A stretch of DNA of 64,000 nt from an uncultured Chloroflexia bacterium (GTDB taxonomy: Bacteria > Chloroflexota > Limnocylindria > Limnocylindrales > CSP1-4): positions 436,535-500,534 of the forward strand of contig CAVTQU010000008.1 in assembly GCA_963736895.1 (NCBI GenBank). Reading direction: 5' to 3'. Of the stretch, positions 29,433 through 40,058 are shown piece after piece; position 1 is the stretch's first letter, and the number at the start of each line of letters is the position of its first letter. The notes below the pieces were generated by a model that was given only the letters and a program-made list of their open reading frames with translations, did no database searches and was not told the DNA's origin. The position numbers and the translations under genes are program-made.

Positions 29433-30546
29433 TTACCAGCGGGGCGCTTCCAACCGATCTGGCTGATCGGCAAGGATTACTCGGGCGGGATCCGCAGCGG
29501 GAATCGGCACCGCGGTGTCCATCGAGCGGCCAAGGATGTGCATCGCCCAATCCGGCGAGCGATAGCCGGCCTCGTCAAATCGAGCCACGTTGTCAGCGAA
29601 CAGCGGGCTCTTCTCGGGAAGACGAAGGCGCATCGACTCTCTGGCGATCGATCGGACCTTCTCGAGCAGCTCGATTGCCGGCTCGACGCCTCCCACGAGC
29701 AGGGCTGCCCGCAACGCCGAGTCTTCCGACGGCAGCTGAATCCGCGGCATGATGGCAATAGCCCAGGCGCCTGGTTTGTCACTCGAGGGACTGCCGCTGA
29801 CCACTACTTCGGCTCGCTCCAGGTGCCTCGCGAAGGCATCGCGGGTCAGCTCGTTCATCGCCCAGGCGCGGGGCTCGAAAAGGCGCAAACCGGCGTTGAA
29901 GCTCGCGTCCTCCGACACCAGCGGCCACAGCGAATCCGCGTCAACAGGATCTGCGACGAACCCGCCTCGGGTGAGCTCGCGGAGCACCCTTTCCCGCTTC
30001 GCGGTCGCAGCAGCCCGTACGTCCGCGTCGAACGCGCTTGGCTCGTCCTCGTCCGAATCGGGATCGACCGTCCACCACAGGCTGCGAAACACGACGAGCA
30101 GGTTGATTCCGTCCTTGGCGCCGAGGCGGTGCGATGCCTCGTTGTCGGCTCCCGTTGCGTAGCGGACTATCGACGCGTCCTGCGCCTCAACCCAATGTAG
30201 CTCGGCTATCTGCAGATCGGCGGCGACGCCCATTCCACGGACGCGCGGGATCGACGCGGATGCCTTCGAGCCACGCCTCTGTCGGCGCGGCGAGCGCAAC
30301 GCGGGTGATCGCGACCACCTGGCCCACATCCAGTGGATTGCCCTCGGCGTCCTGGCCGCCGGGCTCGCCAACGGTCCCGACCAGAAACGCGCCATCGGAC
30401 GCGGACAACCAGACCGGCCACGCGTTTGGGACGTAGTCCCAGCCGTGCCACGTCTGGCTGGCGAAGTCGAGGACCGACTCGCGATCCTGCTCTCTTGCTC
30501 GGCGGACAACCAGCGGCCAGGGTCGAATGTTTGCCTGCTCGCTCAC
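29433..30546 (-). CDS. GNAT-family N-acetyltransferase (frameshift near 30240)
   Basis: VRRAREQD...WDYVP...AWLEGIRVDP then RGMGVA...NEASHRL; GTG start overlaps the upstream stop. Confidence 0.75.
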
Positions 30547-31253
30547 ATCTTGGGCATTCGCTCGACCAGCGCCCATTCGGCGGTTTCCTCGCCGGGGCGA
30601 TAGCGACTGTTCGAGCCTTTCATGATCACTCCGCGGAATCCGGCGCTGCGCCAGGTGTTGAACCAGCTTCGGATCGGCGGCCGGGTCCATGGCGAGACGC
30701 GCACCAGGTCGCTCTGGCTGATGAGCGACTCGAGCACCCGTTTACGCTCGAGCAGTGGCGCATCGAACAGCGTCTGATCATCGACGCTCAGCAGGTCGAC
30801 GGCCACGAACGCTGCCACGCCTTCGCGACGCGGCCCTCGTGGCTCGTACTTCACGTCCGACTCCGGCGTGCCGCCCAGGAAGAACTTGCGAATCGGGTTG
30901 ACCGTCGGGAACATGCCGATCGCCGTGTTCTCGCCACCGGCGGTGGCTTCGCGGGTGATCACGCCGTCGATCACGGCTTCCGTGGCCTGCACGGCACGGC
31001 GCAGCTGATCGAATGCCTGGGGCGCATCGAGCGTCGCATCGTCGCCGTACTCGTCGATCACGAAGACATTGCCCCACTCGTCGGCAATCTCCGAATCGCG
31101 GTAGTAGGCCAGCACGCGCGTGCCGGTCCAGATCGGCTCGAGGATCGGATCGATCACCTCGGGTACGTAGCGACCGCGCTTGACCGTCTGCGGCCGCCAT
31201 TCGCGCGGATCCTTCGGGATCTCGGGCAGAGCTTTAGCGTCGGGCTTTGTCAT
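30543..31253 (-). CDS. ATP-dependent DNA ligase adenylation-domain homolog lacking catalytic residues
   Basis: EPIWTGTR (KxDGxR position), IDGVI, VAVDLL, LLERKRVLESL, RGVIMK, SRYRPG...W; no OB domain. Confidence 0.75.
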   Translation of the reverse strand: MTKPDAKALPEIPKDPREWRPQTVKRGRYVPEVIDPILEPIWTGTRVLAYYRDSEIADEWGNVFVIDEYGDDATLDAPQAFDQLRRAVQATEAVIDGVITREATAGGENTAIGMFPTVNPIRKFFLGGTPESDVKYEPRGPRREGVAAFVAVDLLSVDDQTLFDAPLLERKRVLESLISQSDLVRVSPWTRPPIRSWFNTWRSAGFRGVIMKGSNSRYRPGEETAEWALVERMPKM

Positions 31254-32231
31254 TCGCTGTACCCCTGCGGATGAGCCTGATGCCAGCGCCAGGCACTGCC
31301 GATCATCTCATCCAGTGTCCCGTGGCGCGGCTGCCAGCCCAGCATCTCGAACGCCTTCGCGTTCGACGCAACGAGAACGGCCGGATCGCCCTCGCGTCGC
31401 GGGGCGAAAGTGTGCGGCACTTCGTGGCCCACTACCGTCTCGGCGGCGTTGAGCATCTCGATCACGCTGAAGCCGGAGCCGGAGCCAAGATTGCACGCAA
31501 TGTGCGTGGCGCTGACCGAGGCGGTCATCTCGAGCGCCGCGATGTGCGCGTCGGCCAGGTCCAGTACGTGGATGTAGTCACGAATGCACGTTCCGTCGGG
31601 CGTGTCGTAGTCGGTGCCGTAGACCTTGAGCGACTCGCCGCCGAGCGCGGCCTGGAGCATGTTCGGGATCAGGTGGCTCTCCGGCGTGTGATCCTCGCCG
31701 CGCTCGTCTGTGGCGCCGGCAACGTTGAAGTAGCGCAGCGAGACGCCTGCCATGTCGTAGGCCCGCGCGTACCAGTCGAGAGCGGCTTCGAAGGCGCGCT
31801 TCGTCTCGCCGTAGGCATTGATCGGCTGCTTGGGAGAGTCCTCCATGATCGGCGAATTGGCCACCCCGTACACGGCGGCGCTCGACGAGAACACGATCCT
31901 GTTGACGTCCGCAGCACGCATCGCGTCGAGAAGGGCGATGCCGCCCACGACGTTGTTCTGGAAGTAGAGCGCGGGATCGACCACCGATTCGGGAGCCAGC
32001 GACCGACCGGCGCAATGGAGGACCGCGTCGATCCGACCCTCGCGCAGCACGCGTTCGACCAACAGCTTGTTCGAGTTGTCGCCCTCGATCAGCGGCGCTT
32101 CCGCGTGGAACCGCGTCACGATGACCGCGCATCAGTGAATCGAGTACGACCACGTCGTGGCCGCCGGCGACGAGCCGCTCCACCGTGACGCTGCCGACGT
32201 ATCCGGCACCGCCGGTGACCAAAACCCTCAC
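31250..32231 (-). CDS. galE: UDP-glucose 4-epimerase (frameshift near 32120)
   Basis: [49 protein letters not shown]. Confidence 0.93.
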
Positions 32232-32689
32232 TGGTTGTCTCTCACTCGCTCGTCTCTCCTGGCTTGTTGCGCTTCTCTTCGGCCGCCCGATGATCGGCCA
32301 TCGAGGGGTTGCGGTTGAACACGAACTGCTCTGACGGGCGAGCGTCCGGGTTTGGGACGTTCCGGCTGTTCGTCTGTGGCTCGGAGGCTCGGTGTCAGCG
32401 GTTGCCCGACGTCGGCGGCGGCCTGCTCGGCGTCGCGCCGGCTCAAGACCTCGGCCAGTCGCAACTCGAGACGGATCGCGGCCGCGTTCTCAGGATCGAT
32501 CTCGAGCGCACGGCGCGCCTGCTGGTACGCCAGACGATCATCGCCGCGCTCCAGCGCGACGCGCGCCAGCCCAACGACCGCGATCGCGTTGAGCGGATCC
32601 TGCTCGAGCGCGCTGGTGTAGATGCGCTCGGCCTGGTCGACCAGGCCGACGACCAGCAGTCGCTCGGCTTGCAGCAGGGCTTCGATCAC
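32228..32689 (-). CDS. Tetratricopeptide-repeat protein
   Basis: [28 protein letters not shown]...[14 protein letters not shown]; GTGA overlaps at both ends. Confidence 0.8.
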   Translation of the reverse strand: MIEALLQAERLLVVGLVDQAERIYTSALEQDPLNAIAVVGLARVALERGDDRLAYQQARRALEIDPENAAAIRLELRLAEVLSRRDAEQAAADVGQPLTPSLRATDEQPERPKPGRSPVRAVRVQPQPLDGRSSGGRREAQQARRDERVRDNQ

Positions 32690-34072
32690 CGGGCGACCGC
32701 CGTCTCTTCGTGTGCGAGCCACTTGCGCGCCTCGGCGAGGAGGCTCTCGCGGCTGTTCAGTGATGGTTCGGCGATGACCAAGCCGAGGAGGCGCTCGAGC
32801 AGCTCCCCGACCACCGGGCCCGGGGCGATGCCCAGCTCGCTCACCAGGTCGTCACCGTGAACGGCCAGCTCGCGCAGGCTCAGCGGTGAACCCGGCATCC
32901 AGTTCGGCCCTGACTCGCTTGTCGAGCTCCTCGATATGGCCGGCGTCCGGTGGCAGGCCACTGCCGATGTTGTCGGCGCGTCGAAGGTTGATCAGCCGAT
33001 CGACGCGGTCGCGGCCGATGCGCCGGATGAAACGCCGAACCGCGGCGCCGCTCCAGCGCGACTCGTAGCTGAACATGTGGTTGCGCGATGAGCGCGGCCA
33101 CTGTCTCGACGTCGCGTCGCGGAAAGGCGAGGCGCGTGAGCAGCGCTTCGGCCAGCTTGGCGCCCTCCTCGTCATGGCCGATGAAATGTCCGTCGGCGAA
33201 CGTCGGCGGCTTGCCGATGTCGTGCAGCAGGGCGGTGAGCCGCAGCAGCTCATCGTCCGGATCCACCGTGGCAGCACCGTCGAGCGTCGCCAGCGAGTGG
33301 CCCCACAGGTCGTGGCCGGTGATCTTGTCCTGCGGCACGCCGCGCTGTGCCGCGAGCTCGGGCAGGGCGTGGTCCAGCACGCCGGTCTCGGCGAGGATCG
33401 CAAAGGCCCGCGAGGGCGGATCGGCCCGGATCATCTTGCGCAGCTCGTCGCCGATTCGCTCGGCAGACACCCATTGCGCCGTCTCGGCCGTGGCCGCCAT
33501 CGCCGCCAGCGTCTCCGGCTCGATCTCGAAGCCCAGCTGAGCGGCCAGACGTGCTGCGCGCAGGAGGCGAAGCGCATCCTCGTCAAATCGAACCTGCGGC
33601 TCGCCGACAGCGCGTAGCAACGCCTGCCTGAAGGTCGGCCATCCCACCGGTCGGATCGACCCAGCGCGCCGTCCGCGTCCGCATCCGCGGCTCCGCGGCC
33701 CCAGGCGATCGCGTTGACCGTGAAATCGCGCCGCGCCAGGTCCTCCTCGAGCGAATCGGTGAACGTGACCGAATCAGGGCGCCGGTGATCGGCGTAGCGA
33801 TGGTCGCGGCGGAAGGTCGTGACCTCGGCGATCGGCGTCGACCGACCAATCGTGACCGTGCCGAAGCGGTTCTTGTACTGGCTCCCCGGGAAGAGGCTCA
33901 GCGTTCGCTCGGGCAGGGCGTCGGTGGCGATGTCCCAGTCCGTGACGGGGCGTCGCAAGAGCGAATCGCGCACGCCGCCGCCCACCAGGTACGCCGCGTG
34001 GCCGTTCGACCAGAGGGTCTGGAGGATGTCCTGCACGTCGGCCGGCACATCCGGGGGTGCCGACTGCTCCAT
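32686..34072 (-). CDS. cca: CCA tRNA nucleotidyltransferase with HD domain (frameshifted)
   Basis: YLVGGGVRD, DWDIAT, RRDFTVNA, EDALRLLRAAR, ERIGDEL, LLHDIGK; about three frameshifts. Confidence 0.9.
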
Positions 34073-34088
34073 GAAGCCGATGATCGGC

Positions 34089-34605
34089 CTAGTTACGCCC
34101 GATGAACAGGTAGTCGCGCCAGGGCTCGTTGCGCGGGTCGGCGAGATACGGGGTGAACAGCGTGTAGACGTCGCAGCGCGGCTCGAACGGGTCGCGCATG
34201 AGGCGCATCCGTGCCTCGTCAGCCAGGCGGCCGCCCTTGCGGTGGTTGCAGTGCTTGCACGCGGCAACGAGGTTGTCCCAGGTGTGCGCGCCGCCGCGAT
34301 GCCGCGGAATGATGTGGTCGAGCGTCAGGTCGTGCGTCTGGACGCCGCAGTACTGGCAGGTGTACTTGTCGCGCGCAAAGATCTCCTTGCGCGACAGCCT
34401 GACACGCGGACGTGGCCGCTTGATTCGGTGGTGGAGCCGGATCACGGACGGAGCGCGGAATATCTGCCGTCGCGGTCCGAACCTCGTGATGGTCGTACTG
34501 GATGACCTCTGCCTTCTCGCCGAAGACGAGGCGAAACGCGCGTCTTACGTTGCAGACGTTGAGTGGCTCGTAGTCAGAGTTGAGAAGAAGTACGACGCTG
34601 TCCAT
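34089..34605 (-). CDS. HNH endonuclease (McrA-like; frameshift near 34465)
   Basis: VLLLNSDYEPL, PSVIRL, CQYC, TLDHIIP, WDNLVAAC-x2-CNHRKG. Confidence 0.9.
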
Positions 34606-34702
34606 CGCTCCCTGAAGCCAGCCGGGACTCGACCGGGCGACGCTCGCATCGTAGCAAGAGAACGCGTGACCTGTTCACGCTGCCGATCTGAGCGCCGCGG
34701 AC

Positions 34703-35638
34703 TCAGATCAGGCGCTGACCGGTGGCGCTGTCCCAGCCGCCGGCCTGGCCTACTTTGCTGGCGAGCGGCTTGCCCAGCGCGTCGGCGATGAATCGAGCCG
34801 CCTCGAGCACGCCTGGCGAGGCGCGCGCCATGCTCGATTCCGAGCCCATCGAGCAGGTACACGAGATCCTCCGTCGCGAGATTTCCGGCCGCGCCGGGTG
34901 CGTACGGGCAGCCACCCGTGCCGCCGGTGGACGAGTCGAAGCAGGTGACGCCGTCCTCGAGCCCGGCTACCACGTTGGCCAGCGCAGTGCCCCGCGTGTC
35001 GTGGAAGTGGTAGGCGAGCTGATCGAGCGCAATTCCTGCCGCCGATCGTGGCCGCCGTCAGGTCATGGACCTGGCTGGGCACGCCGACGCCGATCGTGTC
35101 GCCGAGGCAGATCTCGTCGGCACCGAGGTCGACCAGCCGCTGGCTGACCTCGACCACCTTGTCGATCGCAACCGCGCCGGTGAAGGGGCAGCCGAACGCC
35201 GTGGAAACGTACGCGCGCTTCCACCAGCCAAGCTCGGTGGCGCGCATCAGGACCGGCGCGAAAAGCCTCGATTGACTCGTCGATCGTCATGCCGATGTTG
35301 CGGCGCGTGAACTCGTCGCTCGCGGCGGTGAACACGGCCAGCGCGTCCGCGCCAGCTGCCTCGGCGCGCTCCATGCCGCGCATGTTGGGGACGAGGACCG
35401 GGTAGCGAACGCCGTCGCGCGGCTGGTCGCGCAGAGCCGCCATCAGGTCGTCGGCGTCGGCGAGCTGCGGGATGGCGCTCGGTGACACGAAGCTCGTCGC
35501 CTCGATCTCGCGCAGCCCGGCGTCGCGGAGCAGCTCGATGTAGCGCAGCTTCGCCTCGGTCGAGATCGGCGTCGCTTCGTTCTGGAGGCCGTCGCGCGGC
35601 CCGACTTCGTAGATGCGGACGCGAGTTGGGTAATCCAT
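34703..35638 (-). CDS. liuE: Hydroxymethylglutaryl-CoA lyase (frameshifted)
   Basis: EVGPRDGLQNE, FGCPF, LGDTIG, GGCPYAPGAAGNLATEDL. Confidence 0.92.
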
Positions 35639-35676
35639 CGGCCATTCGAGTCTAGGCCGCGTCGCGCGATCGCGTT

Positions 35677-37715
35677 CTAGGTCAGTTCCACCAGCGTCTC
35701 GGTGCGCTGGACCTGCTGTCCGCGCTGGACCAGGACGCGCACGACACGGCCCGGCGCGGGCGCGGGAATCGTGTTTTCCATCTTCATCGCCTCGAGGACC
35801 ACCAGCACCTGGCCGGCCTCGACCGTGTCTCCCTCGGCCACTCGGACGTCAATCACGGTTCCGGGCATTGGCGCGGTCACGCTTTCACCGGCGGTGCCTT
35901 CGTGGGCTGCATGTCGCGCGGCCGACTTCGACGGTCGGCGCGGGAGCGAGCCGGGCAACGATCGACCGACCATCGAGATCCAGCACGACCGACCCATCCG
36001 ACCGCAGCGGCGACGGCTGCCGCCGGTGGCCTCGGCTGGACGCAGATCGACTGTCCGCTCCTCGTCGGCGATCTCGATTCGCAGGCGTGGTGGCGCGTTG
36101 AGCCGAAAGCCGACCCGCGGCCCGAGATCACGGGCTGCCTGGCTGGCGACCGCGGCGGCGCGGTCTGCCATGCATCGGCCGGCAGCGACTCGTCACCGTG
36201 CCAGCTGTCGTCGATCAGGCCCGTGTACATGTCCCCGGCGCGAACGTCAGATCGCGCGGTGAGCCAGCGCAGGAAGCCGCGGTTGGTGGTGACGCCCAGG
36301 ACGCTGGTGTCGTCCAGCGCGGTGCTCGAGCCGATCAAGTGACTCGGCACGATCAGCTCCGTGGGCGATCAGCTTGGCCAGCAGCGGGTCATATCTCGTT
36401 CCGACGACGTCGCCGCTGCCGATGCCGGCATCGACACGCAGACCGTCGATGCGTGGCCACTCGAGACCGATGATCTCGCCCGTTGCCGGAAGGAAGCCGG
36501 CATTCGGGTCCTCGGCGTACAGCCGTGCCTCGATTGCATGGCCATCAAATCGAATCGTGCTGGCTGGACGTCTCGAGTGGCTGCGCCGGACGCGATCGCG
36601 ATCTGGTCCGCCACCAGGTCGCGGCCGGTGACGAGCTCGGTCACCGGATGCTCCACCTGCAGGCGCGCGTTGACCTCCAGGAAGTAGAAGCTCCCGTCCG
36701 AGTCGAGCAGGAACTCGACGGTGCCGGCGCCGACGTAGCCGGAGGCACGGATCAAGGTCAGCGCCGCCTCGCCGAGACGTGCGCGCAGCGGCGCGTCGAC
36801 GACGAGCGAAGGCGCCTCTTCGATCACCTTCTGGTGGCGTCGCTGGAGCGAGCACTCACGCTCGCCGAGATGGATGGCGTTGCCGTGCGCGTCCGCGAGG
36901 ATCTGCACCTCGATGTGCCTCGGCCGCGGCGAGGTAGCGCTCCAGGATCAGCCGCTCGTCGCCGAATGAAGACTGTGCCTCGCGCCGTGCACGGGCGAGC
37001 GGTCTCGACCATCTCGGCAGGCTCGGCCACCACGTGCATGCCCTTGCCGCCACCGCCGGCGCTCGGCTTGACCAGCACCGGGAAACCGATTCGCTCGGCC
37101 TCGCCGGTGAGCGTCTCGATCGGACTGGTCGTCGCCGTCGTAGCCCGTCAGGACGGGACGCCGAGCCGCGCGGCCAGCTTGCGCGCAGCGGCCTTGTCGC
37201 CGACCGCACGCATCGCTTCTGGCGGTGGGCCGATCCAGACCAGGTTTGCGTCGATGACGGCCGCGGCGAACTCGGCGTTCTCGGCCAGGAAGCCGTAGCC
37301 GGGGTGGATCGCGTCGGCGCCGGACGCGCGCGCCGCGTCGAGGATGGCCGCACCATCGAGGTAGTTGCCGCGCAGAGGGCACGATCTCGTCGGTCGCGCC
37401 CGTCCACCAGGCGCGCGCCTGATCCTCTGCGACGAGCGCAAGAGAGCGGATGCCGAGCTGTCGGCAGGTTCGGGCAATGCGAACGACCAGCTCCCCGCGG
37501 TTGGCGACCAACAGGCGGCCGATCTTCCGCGGTGACGCTGAACTCGGACGCAGGTCCGCTGGCGGACAGGAGTCGGCGAGCGCGCTCGCGTCGACCTTGA
37601 CGCGTGATCCGACCTTGACCGACGGCAGCCGTCCCTCACGCAGCCACCGCTGCACCGTTCGAGTGCTGACTCCCAGCCGTCGGGCCGCCTCGCCCGGCCC
37701 AATCGCGTCGCTCAT
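35677..37715 (-). CDS. liuD: Methylcrotonyl/acyl-CoA carboxylase alpha subunit (BC-BCCP) with N-terminal Xis-like HTH (frameshifted downstream of the HTH-BC junction)
   Basis: [26 protein letters not shown]; [62 protein letters not shown] biotinylation site. Confidence 0.88.
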
Positions 37716-37750
37716 GACGCGAATGTCGCGTTTGTCGCGTTACATGTCAA
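37715..37750 (-). promoter_or_regulatory. Leaderless promoter overlapped by three 9-bp-period direct repeats
   Basis: TTGACA (37750-37745), 17 bp, GACATT (37727-37722), 6 nt, then ATG; repeats CGCGACA, CGCGACA, CGCGTCA. Confidence 0.7.
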
Positions 37751-37753
37751 CCG

Positions 37754-39945
37754 CTAGGGCAAGCGGCGTGCGGCAAAGACGGAGACCCAAGGCGTGAACG
37801 GACTGACGATTGCCGCTGGCATCGACTGCCCGGACGCGGTAGCGATAGGTCGCCTGCCGCGGTGCCCGATTGACGTACGAGGTGCCCGTCACTGTCGCGA
37901 TCCGAGTGCTGCCTCGAAAAACCCTGTATTTGAGTGGGCCACCCTGGTCGTCCACGCTTGGGCCCCAGGTGAGTCGGACCCGTCGTCCGTCCGAGAGGTT
38001 CGCCCTTGAAGTTGGTTGGCACGTTCGGCGGAGTTACGTCAACTGGATGCAGCCTCACCCGCGTGATAGCTGCGGATCCCACGTTTCCGGACGTGTCGAC
38101 GGCCGCGACTGTGTACTCGTATGTCGCGTTTGTCGGGAGCCCGGTGTCGACGAACACTCTCGTTCCGGCGAGCAGCGTCGTTACGAGCTCGCCGTCACGC
38201 CTCACCTCGTAGCCGAGCAGCCCGACGTTGTCCCTGGCCGCCAGCCATTTCAGTCGAGCGGACGATTCGCTGGTCATCGAGGCGGTCAGTCCGAAGACCT
38301 GGCCGGGAGGGCTCATGTCGGGGACCGCGAAATCAAGCGTTGCGGCCTCGCTGACATTGCCTGCGCCATCCACCGCGTAGACGCTGAACTGGTAGGTGAC
38401 ACCCTCTTCGATGCGGACGTCGATGAGCTCCAGCTCAGGCGTGGCGGCGTAAGCGAGACCATTTCGGAAAACGCGGTAGCCGTCGACGGCCACGTCGTCG
38501 GTCGCCGCGGACCAACGTAGCGTTCCGACTCGCGGGCCGTTGACTGAGCCTGTCAGATCGGCCGGTGCGGACGGTGGCGTTGTGTCGCCGCCACCTGGTG
38601 GCGGTGGTGGAGGGGGTGGGGCAGTGTCACGGCCTATCTGGATGGACACGTCGGCACCAGTCGAATCCACGGCCAGGACGGTGACGTAGATTTTGTTGAT
38701 CGGGTCCGCGAACGTCCGGCCAACTCTCAGCGGCGCGTCAGAGAACGAGCTCGTCTCGGGCATCGTGTCGATCAGCTTCGATCGGACGGCAGCTTGATCC
38801 GGCGCGATGCGAATCGTCACTCCGTTCGTGGCGGCCGATGTCGCGGAGAAGTCGTCGAACAGCCCGTACGGCTGGCGGTACTCGAGGTAGTAGTAGTCGC
38901 CGCCTGACTTCGGTACCCGCAGGACGCGCCTGCCGCTGCCCGCCGTCTCGGCCGGCGCAATGCGGTACTTCCCCTGCGCGGTCACAGTCTGAACTTCATC
39001 GGCAGCGACCAGTCCCAGGTGCATGCGATGCCAGTTGTGGAAATGGCGCTGTCCGGTGAAGCCCATCACGTCGAACGGATCGCCGTATTCATCCAGGGAG
39101 CAGTCAGACGAAAAAGCGACCCGCACGCCGTTCTTTTTGCAGATGAGCGCCGCTGCATGGTCGAGACCAAAGTTGTGGCCGAGCTCGTGGCTGGCCACAT
39201 ACGTCGTCAGCTCGCCGTTCACCCAGCTGTTGCGGCCGGGGACACTGGCCATGCCGGACCACCAGCAGCTCTCCTGGCGCGGGAACGCGTAGACCACGTT
39301 CGTGTACTGGGTCAGATCGATGCCCGCCCTCGCAGCGGCTCTTCGGGCAGCCGATCCCCAGTCGTTGTACTCACAGCGATAGGTGCTGGTGGCGAGCGTG
39401 AAATAGCCGAAGACGTCGCCCGACAGTGCCATCTGGCCACCGGACACCTCGGCGTAATAAGCGGCCACTGAGCGCTCTCCGCTGAAGTAGAGATCGTCGA
39501 CGGTGGCCTTGGTCCAAGGCACAGCAGGTGGGCCGCTCGACGGCTGCTGGAAGTTCAGCAGGAGCACGGCCACTCGCGGAGAGGTCGGCGCGAGGCTCTG
39601 CGCACCTGTCGAGTTGAGCGTTGCGCTCGGTCCGGCCACGGTGTCGGGAGAGTTGCTCACCTCGAGCGAAGTGCCGTCGCGGTGTCCAGCAAGGCGAACC
39701 TGGGTGCCAGGGAGGAGCTGCGATTCGTCGACGCCGATCAGGACAAGGCGTCCACTGCCTGTGTCGAGCATCGCGACACGGCTCGACGTGCGACTGGCGA
39801 ACTCGTCAGCTACATCGAACGTGACGCGGCCAGCCACGATTTCGTCCGAGCCGGCAGCGATTGCCGCGTCCGGTATCGCCAGCGCGGCTGTGGCGATGAG
39901 CATCAATCCGACTGCGAGTTTGTGCTTGGTGACGGCCAAACCCAT
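37754..39945 (-). CDS. Secreted M11-like metzincin metallopeptidase with three FN3 repeats (3' frameshifts)
   Basis: Signal peptide; HELGHNFGLDH, EYGDPFDVMG Met-turn; DTTPPSAP, PDMSPPGQV and DVTPPNVP FN3 starts. Confidence 0.85.
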
Positions 39946-40058
39946 TCCCCTCTGACCGCATGCCAAAGGCCAGCCCGCGGACCGATTGTCCGATGCGCCT
40001 CAGTGGAGCAACGTGGTCCCTAATGGCCAGACAGGCAGGCACTTGCGGAGGCCGCTGA

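Noticed and set aside
30543-31253. Functional NHEJ ligase (LigC/LigD)
   Set aside because: The catalytic Lys and acidic residues are missing, there is no OB domain and no Ku gene.
34089-34605. HNH as a homing endonuclease or defence system
   Set aside because: It is a typical stand-alone McrA-like HNH among housekeeping genes, with no intron, methyltransferase or defence partners.
37590-37715. Stand-alone excisionase of a mobile element
   Set aside because: It is in frame with biotin carboxylase and no integrase is present; it fits a regulatory domain better.
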